Shown: one piece after another, positions 1 through 13,385 of the stretch
Layout: each line of letters starts with the position of its first letter
Position numbering within the stretch: position 1 is the first letter of the stretch
Source of the DNA: Camelus ferus
Taxonomy: Eukaryota
Direction of reading: 5' to 3'
NCBI RefSeq assembly: GCF_009834535.1
Contig: NC_045697.1
Coordinates: forward strand, 39,682,001-39,746,000
Length of the DNA: 64,000 bases
The notes under the pieces: generated by a model
What the model was told of the DNA's origin: nothing
What the model saw: the letters and a program-made list of their open reading frames with translations, nothing else
The model's database searches: none
Made by a program: the position numbers and the translations under genes

Positions 1-1539
1 CTTACCTCTCAAGGGTCTCAACTACTTCATAGACCTCACATTCAAGTGTCAGGCAGTGATTGTGTTCACTCTTCATATTAACTTAACTAGAACTTGTTTT
101 ATAAAAAATGCTCTAACTGTGAAATTTAGGCAAATATCTTACATTGTATCTTAAAAATTAGAGCTACTTTTTTTTTTGCAATAAGACTTGATGTTGATAA
201 AAGAAGACAAATATTGTCTTGCTGGTAATTTTACACCAGAATTAAATCACTGTAATTGAAGAAATTTGGGCAATTGTGTGAATGAAAATTAGCATATTTC
301 TCTTAGAAGTATGCGATAAAACTGTTCCTGGATAAAAATGTGTTCTTGAACACATCCCACATATGACACTTACTAATTGCCTCATGAAACAAATGAAGCT
401 ACATGAATGATGCTCTTTTGAAAAGAGGATGTTCTTCCCAATCTTATCTTTTAGCTTAGTTTATTTTTTTCACAAGTATATTTTGGCCATGGTTCTTCTC
501 CTGGTCCTCATGGTGGTCAAAATTTCAGATAATTTTACAATGATTACTTTGCTTTTGTAAACAGTGTTGCCTTTTAGTTCATTTTGTTCCAGTTGGCCAA
601 GCTTATCAGCATGTGATTGGATTGTATTACTTCTCAGCAATTGTGATACAATTTAGAATTTGGTGTGTGTGTGTGTGCAGATGAAAAGATTGCATCTAAA
701 TGGTTTCTTTGAAAACCGTCCCTGGCTATAAATGCTTGTGGGAAGGCCCCAGCTGTTGGAGAGAGTCAGCTCAAGTTCTGAAGCTCTAGGTCCTCCAACC
801 CCCAAATCCTGCAGATCAGCTAGTCAGTTCTATGCAGCTAAGAATTCTCTCTGAAACTTCTCTGGCAGAATAGAGACATTGTCCCTGAGAAGTGCTTCCA
901 TCCTCACGCTTGAAAAGTTTGCAGTGATGAAGAGAGTAAGGTCACTCATTACGTGGGCTTAGCATCAGTGTTATTAGTTAATTATTAGTTTTATGATTAT
1001 CATTTTAAAAATTATTGACTACAATATAGTCATTATATAATATGTAATTTCAGAATGGATAGGTTTAATAACTATAAAATATTACAATTAATGAAAAGAA
1101 TTAAATCATAATATTTGGAGTTACTACTATTTGTATTGGATGACTTCCTACATAATAGGCTTAGTTTTGCCTGTGGTACAACCTGGAATTGGATCCTGCT
1201 GCTTCCCTGAGGGCACTGCGTCTGTTTACAGTCACCGGCTCTGCCTACGCCTCCCCACCCCTGTGAACTGTTTTTCCTCCAGGTTCTTCTCACTGTTTCT
1301 CGCATGATACGGGCTCCAGACCTTCCAGCAGACTAGTGGCTCGGCTCTGTACGCCCACACCAGTCTCTCTGTATCCCTCTTAAGTACTGACACCCAGAAC
1401 TGAACATTATTCTAGATACGATTTAAGCAGAAGGACAGTGGACCAAGGACTAGTCCTGACCTTGATCCGGAGTCAGTTCTACAAGTCTATGCCTGCGTGA
1501 CTGTCAGTGAACTTTGAGTTCATCTGAGTCTTTCTGGGG

Positions 1540-1727
1540 CAGGATGCCTCGACCTCAGTCTGCAGACATTTGGAGCCAGATAACTCTGTTGTGGGGGGCT
1601 GGCCTCCACCCACTGGGTGCGAGCAGTGCACTCCAACCACCCCCGCCCCAGTGTGACAACTAAAAGTGCCTCCAGACATTGCCAGACGTCCCCTGGAGGC
1701 ATACCTGCCCTCAGATGAGAACCAGGT
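1540..1727. mobile_element. MER20-like hAT-Charlie DNA transposon remnant
   Basis: Contains 'cagtgtgacaactaaaagtgcctccagacattgccagacgtcccctgg' and ends 'tgagaaccag', resembling the MER20 consensus as I recall it; boundaries approximate. Confidence 0.7.
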
Positions 1728-3247
1728 CTTGTGGCCTCACCTCGCTTCTGATTTATACCAACCCCAGCTTCCTTTTCCAAGGGCTGCTTAGTGTCCATGT
1801 GTCTTTTTCTCATCTAATTATAGGACCTTGAGTTTTTCGGGTTGGTTAACTTTTTATACTTCTATTCCAGCCTTACGACATAGACTAAATCTAGATTTTG
1901 TATTCCAACACACCAGATATCCCTACCCACTGTATTATCTGCACGTTTTGTGAATATCCCTCTGGCGCCTTATCCAAGTGACTGGTGAATGTTGGTGAAT
2001 GTCGGTCAGGTAAAGAGCCTGCCAGAGCCCTCCCTCCGCGTCCACAGCAGCAGTGCAGCAGCCCCCTGCGTAAGCCTTCACAGCCAGCTCTCCTGCCACA
2101 GATCAACACACCTCATTCTTTATTGAAATCCAGATATTTTGCTATTCCTATGACAAAAGGAAGAATGGTTAGTTTTTGTGATTTGTTTTCAAGGAGCCAG
2201 TGCTAGTCACTGTTGACTGATTGTTTCTAATTACTCCTATGTTATCTATATATTGATTCCGTCTAGAATCTACTCAGTATCCACAGCAACCTGATGGTCT
2301 TATAATCTGAAGATCTGCTGTGCTGTTTCTTTTTCCTGTGATTTTCACAGCTTACTGAGAACAGTTTTGCTTAGCTTCATTGTAAAAAAAACACTGAGTT
2401 ATCAATATCTACAAGACACGATCTCACATTTTTAAGTTCTGTCAGGAGCTCGGGGTATAATTGATGAGGCTGAGACCTCTGGCTTCATTTCTTAACTGTC
2501 TCGGGCTTTAATATGCTCTTAATAGTAATTTGGATTTCTCTTTTAAAACTGAATTACTTGACTAACAAGACATTTATTGAGCACCAAATGTAGGCAGACA
2601 TGGGCTGATCTGTGGGGGCAGCAGTGAACAGAGAGGCCCAATCTCTCCCTCCATGGAGTTCACAGCAGGTGATTCCACCTGCTCTTCCTCCTTGCGGGGG
2701 AGGGAAGGGAGGGGATTGGGGCAAGGCTGAGCGGCTGAGCTGAGCTGCCTGTGCCCCAGGGGTACCTGATCAGGTACTTGACATGCGTTATCTCACTTCT
2801 TATAAAAACTGCATGGATGGGACTTGCTACTTCCTCTGACACAAAAGAGAAACTTTAAACTATTAACTGAAAAGCCACTTTTACTCTGTAAATTTTAAAG
2901 GGAGTTTAATTTTTAAAAAATTAATAATGAAGCATTTGCTTCCATAGACCAAGCAAGGAGATTGAAGATCTGCCCTCGGCCTTGACAGCTGTTAATTGTG
3001 CTGTATATGAAATTTTTTTATAATTTTTTTCCCTGTTGAGTAGCTGTGTTCAGTGTTTGTCTTATTTACTGTGAACATACAGATATTCAGTAACATATAC
3101 ATCATGTGCACATGTGTTGCTAAACATAGATTTAAAGAAGAAACTATATGGTGTCTGGGTAATTAAATGACCGTTAAGTGATTCTCGTAATGCAAGAGGG
3201 CCAGAAAAAGTAACCAGATTTTTATTGTGGTTGCTCTGTATCTCCAG

Positions 3248-3441
3248 GAAGAAGAGGAGGGTTCGGAGGATGATAACACAAAGCCAGACTTCACAGTCAC
3301 CCTGAAAACCGAATTCAGTGCCCGTTGCTTTCTGGACCAATTTGAAGATGATGCTGACGGATTTATTTCCCCAATGGATGAGAAAATACCATCAAAATGC
3401 AGCCAGGACACCGGGCTTTCAAATCTCCATGCTGCTTCAAT
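3248..3441 (+). CDS. FAM13A: FAM13A, third-from-last coding exon (gene begins upstream of the window)
   Basis: Acceptor ctccag| and donor |gtatgt; 194 nt; encodes EEEEGSEDDNTKPDFTVTLKTEFSARCFLDQFEDDADGFISPMDEKIPSKCSQDTGLSNLHAAS(I), matching the FAM13A C-terminal region; phase 2 agrees with the next exon. Confidence 0.96.
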
Positions 3442-4043
3442 GTATGTTATTTGGGGGGTAGTATTGGAATGTTTTGGTGAAAATAACTTTCTAAAATATT
3501 ATTTTAGCCTTTGTACTTAACTAAATTGGCTGACAAAACATGAGTGACTTACCTGGGGTGCATCCATGCAGATAAAACAGTGTGTGTTTGTTTTTAAACT
3601 TCTGGCTCAGTGTTTTTATAAGCTTCATCCCCTGTTATTTGAGGGAGCATCTGAGATCTTGCGTAAACAGTCAGAAGGTCTCTGTGATGGCATTGTGTGG
3701 TTCTGGTCTCCACAGCTCACCATTTAACACACACTGAGCACAGATAGGTGTCATCTCTTTCCTTCAAAGCAAAATTCGACAAAGCGCCATGGGATTTCAC
3801 AAGCCCAAAGAACTCATTAGTAACAGGAGCCTTGCAGGAGCCCCGGAAACCGTGTCTATTGTCAGCATGCTCTGGCTTCCAGCGGGTAGGAAACATCCCT
3901 TCCTGCTGACCCTGAACTCCCTGACAGTTCCTGTATTCATGTGCTTTCCGCTTTCTCCACAACCCTGTCAAGCTGCACATTCATAACATTTATAACAATT
4001 CAGATTTAACTCAGTTTGCTTGAAATTCCTCTGCCCCCCTTAG

Positions 4044-4145
4044 ACCAGAACTCTTGGAACACCTTCAGGAAATGAGAGAAGAAAAGAAAAGGATTCGAAA
4101 GAAACTTCGTGACTTTGAAGACAATTTTTTCAGACAAAATGGAAG
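4044..4145 (+). CDS. FAM13A: FAM13A penultimate coding exon
   Basis: Acceptor cccccttag| and donor |gtaagt; 102 nt; encodes (I)PELLEHLQEMREEKKRIRKKLRDFEDNFFRQNG(R). Confidence 0.97.
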
Positions 4146-6282
4146 GTAAGTGCGTGTGTTTTCCTCCCCCACCCCATCTGTCTCTTTTCTCTGTCAGATC
4201 TGTGCATTGCCTCCCATGTGGAAACTGCCCCGCCTCCTTCCTGTAACCTTGGGTCTGTGCCCAGGACCCCTTCGAGGTTTCCTGTGAGATGGTGAGGTTT
4301 GTGTGGTCCTTCAAGAAGAAATGCTCCTTGGAGCGTATCCAAGACTGATGCAGAGTCAGCTAATGTTTGTAAAACTAATCTGTCACATCAAATTCTAATC
4401 TAAAATGAGCAGCTTAAAGCTAAGTTTCTAGCTGACAGCACTGGTTTTGATTTTTGGTTTTGTTTTTTCATCTTAATAAACTTTAAGGAGAAATAAGGAA
4501 AGTGGCACTCTAAATCTTACTGGTTTTTAAGCTCATTTTAAAAGCGAAGATGATAGTTGTCAAGTCGAATGCACAATACACAAAAGCAGCGAGCGCTTGT
4601 GACTGACAGGGTACCCTTCACTAATGCGTCTTAAGGCGTGATGTAATCATCATCGTGTAGCATTATGCTGAGGAAGAGCCTTCCGTGTTTACAAGTGACT
4701 GCACACAGGGTGTCTTAAATCACAGCATGAGACAAGCATAGAACGAGATAGATTTCTATCTCTTATGTTGGATTAAGTTTTATCATTACGAAGTGATTTT
4801 ATTTTAATCCAAATTATTTAAACAACATAAGTACAGTTTCTCTGAGTCCTCTTTCATACTTCTCCAAAGTATTGGGGAATAAAAGTATCGTAACAATTAA
4901 CTTTGGCCTTTAAAATGTGCTGTATTCCAGTTTATTTCAGTGACTGTATACATTTATTTTTAGGATCTCTGATTTGGATCTGTCCTATTATGATTTTCTC
5001 AAGATTTATTAATTTTTATATTTAAGTATTTGCTTTTCTTTCTCTGTGAATTGTAGGATGTTTAGAAAATATGATAAACGGTTAAAGAAAATAATATCCC
5101 AAATAACACTAATCATAATACTCAAAGACAAACCAGGATTAATGTTTTGATGTGTTTCATTGTGGTCTTCTTCCCAAGCATATTTTTGCTTTATCTGTTC
5201 ATTTTCCCCATATGTTTATATTCACATTATGCGCAGATATCCTATAATTCTATAACCTTCACAAGTTTTAAGAAAATACAATTGATGGAAATCAGTAATC
5301 ACCATACAAGTTAAGGACTGTGAGGGACTTCAACTATCACAGAATCCAGGTCCATCACTTCGCATCTGAGGCGAGTGAAGCCCCTCACGGGACCCGGCCG
5401 GGGCTGGGGTCAGATGCCCTCTTCTCCTTGCTGCCCTCTGCTAGGAGCCATCCAGGATCCTTTCCTTGAACAGGCAGAGCAGGGATAAAATCAGTTCGTT
5501 GCACACAGTTAAATAAGCCCCAAGCTATCCCCTTTCCCATGTTTGCTTATTAATAAGAAGAAAAGGAAGCCTGGTGTTTGCATGTTTGATGTGTGCATTT
5601 CTAAGCAAAATGTGAAGCAGGACCACACTGCATGATGGGGGAGAATGTGAGTAACGGCACCGCTTCATCCAGCTCTCCTGAGGGTAGTGTTGTATCTCAG
5701 ATCTCAAGTACTTAGCACAGTGCTTGCCCTATAATCAGCTCTCAATTAATACTTGTGCATATGAAAAGTATGCATATAAAATTACTCAGTTAACTGTACA
5801 GGCTCATTAGTATTCTGTGATCCAGTTGCTGAATTCTGAGACTAATTTTCGTAAGAAGTAGGAGTATTAACTCTGTTTTTGAAAAAAACCCTGTAAATTA
5901 TGGTTATACCAGTTGCTAATTAGAAATTTAATGGTCCATCAGATGAAATATGTAAAAGTGAGTAAGCATTCAGGGTAAATAAAGACTTGCAGTGTATGGA
6001 GACCCTGAATGTGAATGCATACATAGCAGCAGCAGAGAGAGAAAGTGTCTGCATGTCTTAGTCCTTCACATCATTCTGCAAGATGCCAGGTTAACTCTAA
6101 CAGCCCAGTTGCATGGTGCCTTCTGGGGAACGCTGTCTTTCACCGCTTACCCTAAAGCCAGCTCCAGTCTTGATAGCAAGTGACACCTGGCAACGCTGAT
6201 TCTACAGGGTGATAAACTGCAAATTTCCACATGATGATAATTCACCTGATGAACAGTATCCTCTAGGAGAGACAGCAAATGA

Positions 6283-6441
<159 letters not shown>

Positions 6442-8730
6442 GGAGGCAGCCCCATCTGAGCAGAGGGGGCTGGGGTGCAGGGGGGCAGAGGCCTTCCCCC
6501 CCACCCCGCCTCCCTTGGCGAATAGCAGCTCCGCAGAAACTGAAGTCAGCCTCAGAGCTGGACCTACAAGGCATGTAGCCCTGCTGCCTCAAGGCCACTG
6601 GGGTCAACTCCAGTTTCCATTGGCTGCCTCAGAAGCCACCTAGATGGAAGGAGGCAGCCCGCCTCACGCAGGGCTTCTGTAAGGGAAAGTCACAGTCGCC
6701 ACGCACCCCGGTGCACACAGACACACGCAGACGCTGACACTGCAGCGATGAATCACTACATTGAGACACACTTATCTGCAGAGAATGTCCCCTGCCCTTC
6801 CCTGGATAACTGAGAAACAGACCATTCTCTGTCTAACTGTGACAAAGACCAGCTCAGGACTTGACTCCGAAGAGCGAGCTGGCTAGGCACCTCTGTGTCC
6901 TCTTCGGACCCAGCAAAGTGGGAAGATGCACTGGAGCCCTGTTTGCTGCCTTGGCCATTATCGCGACCTTTCCCCAGAGCTGCGCCTCTCCCTGCTCAGC
7001 TCTCGGGTAGACGGGAGCCACGTCTGCCCCCTGCGGCAGGGCGGTCCTCTGTCTGACCTTGTTTCTTCACGACGTCCTCAGCAACAGAGACCTGTGTTCC
7101 CTGACTGGGTGGGGCTGGACCACCTGCAGAGGACGGGGGGTGGGGGGATATAGCAGTAGCTATGTCCATGCAGATTGTTCAGTTAGGCAGGAGTGAAGAG
7201 CTGGGGAATTCTCTCCCAAACGCTGACTGCACTTGTCAGCCTCAAATCTTAACATCAAATGCTAAGCAAGGCCATCATGCCATGGAAGCCTGTTTGGGTT
7301 TTGGTTTCGTTTTGGCTCTAGCCAAACAGAAGGGTCTTGCTTCATTCTTAGCTCAAGGGTAGAGGATCATGAGAGAGAAAGAGCTTGTATTCTCAGCCTC
7401 CTGAGTACTTAACCAGCGTTTAATTTTTTTCTTTTAAAGTAAACCTGCACTAAAAATCTTCTAACTGAGGGGTAAGTGTAGCCCTCAGAGCTCAGCCTAA
7501 GGCAGAATCTAAATCACACTATTTTCAAGATCACATGTAAAGAGAAAAAATAATGTTGTGTAGCCAGTTATGATTATACTTTCTTCAAGGACTGTGTCAC
7601 AAAGCTGTCTACATTAGACATTTTGGAGGGACCAGGGAGTTGAAGACACCAAATCATTCATCTCTTCAGTGTGCTGACGCCATCTTTTGACTTGTTGTTA
7701 CCTTCTGACCTTCTGTGTCTACACTGAGGAAAGTGGGTTCTGGCTCTGCCTGTCCAGCCCAGCCCCTTTGTGCTTTGTGAGGTTGAGCACAGGGTTCTGC
7801 ACACCAGCCTCAGGCTGCCCAGAGAAAGTGTTTTGGTGGGCTCTGCCTTTGGCAGATAATGGTGCAGAATGAACAGGACGACAAAGGGGTACCATTTTGT
7901 TTTGTTTAATAATAATAATGAGAAAACTCTTTCTGACCAGTTACCAGTTTCCGAAGTGGGTTCTTGAGAAACCGTCCGGTCAGATTGGATTCATAGCAGC
8001 ATTTTCCATAGTTGAAATGAGGTAGCAGCTGTCTATCAGATGAAAATCCTTTCCATCAGGAGTAGGGGGAAAAGAATACCTTTAAGTTTGCTCTTAAAGA
8101 AAATTATATAAAAGCATGAGCTATGTGTTGGAAGTGCCCTGGTTTAATCTACACATCTAAAGATGGTACGTAATCCTACTATATATATATATATATATAG
8201 TTTGGTATTCTTGGCTCTGCTGTTTACATTGCAGATTGCGATAATTTCAAGGAGTTATATTATAAATAAAATGATGCACTTTAGGACGTTTTCTATTTTT
8301 GAAATCGGAACATGAATCATTCACATGACCAAAAATTGTATTTTTTAAAACAAATACATGTCTAGTTTGTCCTTTCTGAGTAGTTATTCTCTTAAATAAG
8401 CTATAATATAAATCAAATCATTACCAGTTGACTTTCAAAGCACATTTGTTTGAGTATTGTTTTGAAAATACTGATATGCTACAGAACTTGAAAAGAGGAA
8501 AATCTATATAAATGAGAAGCTACTAAATGTTTTGAAATCTATTGTCTCTGCCAAAGGTAAATTAAGTAAAAGATTTATTCAGGAAACCCCCCCACTCAAA
8601 TTTGTATGATTGAATAAAAGAAGACACCAAGTTATAGTAAAATAAATAGTGTATGGAATGTCGTGTTTTCTTTTGTAGTTTCTAATCATCAATATATTTC
8701 CTAGAATAAATGAAGAACAAATGAAGGGGA
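6442..8730 (+). other. FAM13A: FAM13A 3'UTR (end uncertain)
   Basis: Largely repeat-free sequence after the stop that becomes AU-rich; AATAAA at 8265, 8613, 8641 and 8705, with more at 8992, 9042 and 10877. Confidence 0.7.
8180..8199. repeat. (TA)10 microsatellite in the FAM13A 3'UTR
   Basis: Seen directly. Confidence 0.95.
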
Positions 8731-8921
8731 GGAGCCCTGTTTATGCTGGATTCTATCTGAAGACATGTTAGTCGGTGGGTTCCGGCTCCGCCAGAAATGC
8801 GGAGGCAAATTTATTTCCACAGCAACCATTTCTGCAGCCCTGAGTCTCAGAGCCCTAGAAGCAGTGTCTTAATTGGCTTCACACAGAACACTCAGGACTG
8901 CGGTTTGTCCTTTGCTCTCTT

Positions 8922-8936
8922 GGGGGGGGGGGGGGG

Positions 8937-8972
<36 letters not shown>
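8922..8972. repeat. G15 run followed by (TG)16 microsatellite
   Basis: Seen directly. Confidence 0.95.
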
Positions 8973-8975
<3 letters not shown>

Positions 8976-10876
8976 TAGGACATGCCAACAAAATAAATGT
9001 CAAGGGTTATTTAATAACAATGATAAGTAAAAGTAAAGCGTAATAAACTTGAGTGTATGATTGTAAGAATCAGAGATAGCAGGGGCTTGTCACTTTCCCA
9101 GGCGTTTGCTTTTATTGTGTTTTTGTCTGGAGTAAACCTTGCAAGAGCTGTTTATATTAAGTACGGTAGCATTATTGTTTTATCTTTGAAGCACTGCATT
9201 TGGAGTTCACTTTTTAGACATGTATGTGCAAGGTTTAGGCCAAGGGCCTGCTGAGAAGTTTTTCAAGACAGCTGAAATTGTGTCTTGTGCTGGTAGGAGA
9301 AAGCTCACACAGTGTCAGTGATCTCCAGTTCAGGGGAAATTTCCATGAAAGACCAAATCATATTTCAAACTGGAGGACCAATTTTCTTTTAATTGCTACC
9401 TAATTCATTAGGAGCTAATAATTAGATTTCTTCCTTTTGGTTGCCAGTTGGAAGTCAAAAGATTATTATTCATTGCCAACGGAAGGATCAGCAGTGCCTC
9501 TGTTTGTAGTATCAGTGTGATTTTTGCTTTGTCTCATTCTGATGCAACAGTTGCATGGTGGTGGAAGAGCTGTTAACAGGATGCGCCTGTTCCCAGGTGT
9601 GGCATGTCTAGCCCAGGACAAATGCCTCAGGGCTGTGCTTGTGTCATAAGTATAGCACTGAGATGTCCTGAGGGATGGGCCTTCATGGATGTGGTTGAGC
9701 TTAGAATTCCTCATAAGGTGAATATTAAGGTTTATTATCAGAATCAAGGGGCAGCCATGGTACCAGGTAAGTTGGTTCTTTCTGGGGCTGCCTAGTTCTC
9801 AGTAAACAGAATTGGGTCGTGTATCCAGAACTGATCACAGATCTGCAAGGAAAATCAAAATTTAGTTTATTAGTTTTTTAAGAGATTCTTAATCTGATCA
9901 CAAAGATGCAATTTTTCTTAAAGGTATATCATTTTCTACCATTGGTACATTTATAGTTGAATGCCATAACTCTTTGCTTTGTGCAAATCTGGTTGTAGTC
10001 TAAATCAGTTTTGCTTTCAAGGTGGGGCTTCCTGACACACTGCTTCCTGAGGGGGTTTCTCCCTGGGTTAGGAGAGGCGGTTTCTGCGCCAAAACCCACA
10101 CCTTTGTGATATTCTTCATAGTATCCGTTTGGTTAAACCAACAGGGAGGGTAAAACTGGACTAAAACGTTGAAGCAGTGTTTCCTTGGAAGCCCGTGGGT
10201 TTAGCAGAAGCCAGAATGTGCTCTCCTTTCATTAATCCCCTTGCTTTTTATTTTTTCCCCACACGACCTTCAAAATCTACTGTAAACGACATTTTGTCAA
10301 AAGATAGGCTAAGCGTATTTTCAGATCTGTGTGTACTGAAATTGTGTATGCTGACGTCTCAGCGTGGCCGCCCCCGCAGGCTCCAGAGCCGGGTGACGTG
10401 CGCGCACTGTGGCGCTGGCTACTTTCCCGGGTAGGGACTGCGTCCTCGTGGGTATTTGCGCTCTCCCACCACAGTCCTTCATAATAGGTGTGTGTAGACA
10501 GGCTGAGGCTTACAGGTCTACGCAGGTGTGCAGCCGCATGAAACCCGCACAGCTGCAAGTCCGTACTGCTATGAAACTGCACTTATGTCTCTAGGGGATC
10601 TCATTTTGCCTGGAATCCAGCCAGTTGTGGTCACATGCGCAGCTCGAGAAATCCGTGTGTCAGATCGAATTCTCAATCTGAAGGCATCCACACGATCATG
10701 ACATCTCCAAGGGTGGATACAATTTTAGTAAAATAACATGGGCCCAGAGCAATGTTTACATGACACGGAAGCAGAACGTTATTTGAAATGACGGTTGTTC
10801 CTTTTATAAATGTAAACCGAATTTTAAAAAACTGTTATGTACATTTTTGTACATGACTGTATTTTGTATAAACTTC

Positions 10877-10882
10877 AATAAA
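10877..10882 (+). terminator. Candidate distal poly(A) signal
   Basis: AATAAA preceded by five TGTA motifs (10811, 10838, 10848, 10858, 10865) and followed by U-rich sequence. Confidence 0.5.
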
Positions 10883-11844
10883 ATATTTTTAACTGTGAAC
10901 GTTCTGAAATTTTTGACAGCCTCCAGAATGTGTGATGGAACCACCCTGTGGCCTCTGACCCTTCCCTTCGGTAAGGAATCACGCTGCTCCCCGAGCTCCT
11001 CAGAAGCCTCATGAGGATTAAGATTTGTTGTTCTGTCTCCAGGGAGGGCACCCGAAGGTGAAACTAACTGGGCGCAAGCTGGATGTGCCTGTGATGCTGG
11101 GTTGAAGAACAGGCTGGTGCTCTGTGCTCAGCTGCCTTTGAAACAATTCATGGAAGAGGCTGGAGGGATGCAGAAAGAAAAACATTAAGAAAAACAATTG
11201 TTTAAGTACATTTCCAAAGTCTAGGAGGCCATCATAGGTAAACACGCGAACCATTCTCTACTTTGAAGCTAATGAAGCCACCAGAAAACTGTGATGGCGC
11301 ATTTCAGTTGTGTGAGGTGAGTGCCTCGCCCCTGGGGGGAGGTCAGGTCTGCAGGTGTTCTCTAAGTGACTCAAATAGACATTCAAAATATAGTAAACAT
11401 GAAATTTTTTTAAAAAATGAAGGATTGGAGTAAAGATCCTTGTCCCAGTCCTGACACCAGGATTCAACCCGAGATATGGCTGACTCGGGAGCACGAAGGT
11501 ACAGCACTGCTAACAGCACAATTGCATGCTTTCTGCCAAAACTGAAGCTCTCCCTGAATAGTTTGATTTTTGAAATACTGGGTCCAAAGTAATAGGCAGT
11601 AGGTATTGATCCTCCGTTTTCTTAAATCCTATTTCGTTGTTGCCCCTACGGGCGACTAGGGGGACTAGACAGTGATGCGGGACCAGACAGTGATGCTGGC
11701 CCTAGTACACCGGCTTCTATAGCCTGGTGCAAAGACCGAGGGTCCTCCAAGCCCCAAGCCCCACCCTTGCCCCCTGGGAAGTGGACAGCCTGAAGGGGAA
11801 TTTCAGACAGACTGCAGGAGGTTGAGGGAGAGGTCCTTTTCAAT

Positions 11845-12030
11845 CTTTTTTTTTAAACTCCATCTTTTTTTTTTTAATTTTTTAAAGTATTTATTTATTA
11901 TTGTATTATTGTTTTTTTATTTTGGGGGGGTTAATTAGGCTTATTTATCTTTAGAGGAGGTACTGGGGATTGAACCCAGGGCCTTGTGCATGCTAAGCAT
12001 GCGCTCTACCACTTGAGCTATACCCTCCCC
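11845..12030 (-). mobile_element. tRNA-derived SINE (camelid Vic-1-like)
   Basis: Reverse complement reads GGGGAGGGTATAGCTCAAGTGGTAGAGCGCATGCTTAGCATGCACAAGGCCCTGGGTTCAATCCCCAGTACCTCC, with Pol III A and B boxes and an A-rich tail; homologous copies at ~29005 and ~63047. Confidence 0.9.
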
Positions 12031-12419
12031 ACTTTAATCTTTCGATGGTCTCCTTACTACCTCCTCTAGAAGTGGATTCTGAATCTTGTAAGACAAAATG
12101 TATCAGAGTTCTCCCTGAGCTGGGTCAGCTTATCAAGGCTATAAATACACCGTTGAATTTCATATTCAGTAAAAGCCAAAAGTCAAAATTCCCAAGTGCA
12201 TTTTTAGAATGCTGGTTGGCAGGCCAACAAATGGGATTTGGCAGGAACTGGCTTGTTGACAGCTTCTTAGTTTTCTTCTCCATCAACAAGGCTTATACCA
12301 GAGAAGGGCTCTGAGTTGTGCAGCATCTGCCCCAGGGAATGCACCCCAATGCAAAATGGACTAAGAACCTCCATGTCTCAGCTGGTTCTCTGTGTGTATG
12401 AATTCTGTTACTGTGACTT

Positions 12420-12691
12420 TTTTTTTTAATGAGGTATGGTGAGTTTACAATGTTGTGTCAATTTCTGGTGTACAGCACAATGCTTCAGTCATACATGAAT
12501 ATACATATATTTGTTTTCATATTCTTTTTCACCATAAGCTACTGTAAGATATTGTATACAGTTCCCTGTGCTATGCAGTATAAACTTGTTATCTATTTTA
12601 TATGTGCTAGTCAGCATCTACAAATCTCGAACTCTCAGTTTTTCCCTTCCCATTCCCTTCCCCGCTGGTAACCACAAGCCTGTTTTCCATG
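12420..12691 (-). mobile_element. 5'-truncated L1 3' end with perfect 16-bp TSD
   Basis: TSD TCTGTTACTGTGACTT at 12404-12419 and 12692-12707; poly-T at the left end; body is the reverse complement of the L1 3'UTR at ~40500-40775. Confidence 0.92.
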
Positions 12692-13239
12692 TCTGTTACT
12701 GTGACTTGAAACTCACAGTCTTTTACATGTGAGTTTCTTTCAAAAGCAATTCAAAGATGCTAAGAAATCCTGTCATGCTTTTGGTTCTACGGCTTTCAGT
12801 GCTTCCTGGTAAGATATTTTGTGTTTTGTCTGTAACTTTCTGTTAATTTTGAAGAACTTAAAATGACAGGACAAGATTAGACAAAGAGGAGGGAAGGCAG
12901 GGAGGGAGACAGTGAAGAATCTGTTTCTCTCTGATATCAGAGAGCAGGGTTTCTTGAGCTGGAATACTGGCTAGGGGTCGAATAGTACAGTTGTCCCATG
13001 GGTGCCTAACAACCTGTGTTTCTGATAAGCTTCCAGGGGCTTTGATGCTGCTGATCCCAAGTCCCTCGTTTAAGTAGAGGGTGCAGACTGCATCCTGGGT
13101 GTTTGTGGAAATAAGCAGCTTCAGTCAATTCAAAATCCAAAATTGACAGCGATCGGCACACTTGCCAACACCAGTGGAGGCCAAATGCTGCTTGATGCTT
13201 AAGATCCAGACTATAGACAGATGGCTTAGCTCTGTGACC

Positions 13240-13385
13240 AGACACACTCCTTACCCTCCCTGTCTCCGTTTCTCCATCTGAAAAATGGGAATAATTGTCG
13301 TAGCTGCCTCACCAAGGTTAGTATGGAACTTACCTGGATGAACATAAAGGGATCACACTCTAAATCTTCAGTCAATAATGGTGGT
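13240..13385 (+). mobile_element. MIR fragment
   Basis: MIR core-like 'ccgtttctccatctgaaaaatgggaataat'. Confidence 0.65.

Noticed and set aside
11955..12030. tRNA gene calls here and at ~29005 and ~63047
   Set aside because: The tRNA-like heads have A-rich tails and flanking duplications (clear at ~63047, degenerate elsewhere), so they are SINEs, not tRNA genes.
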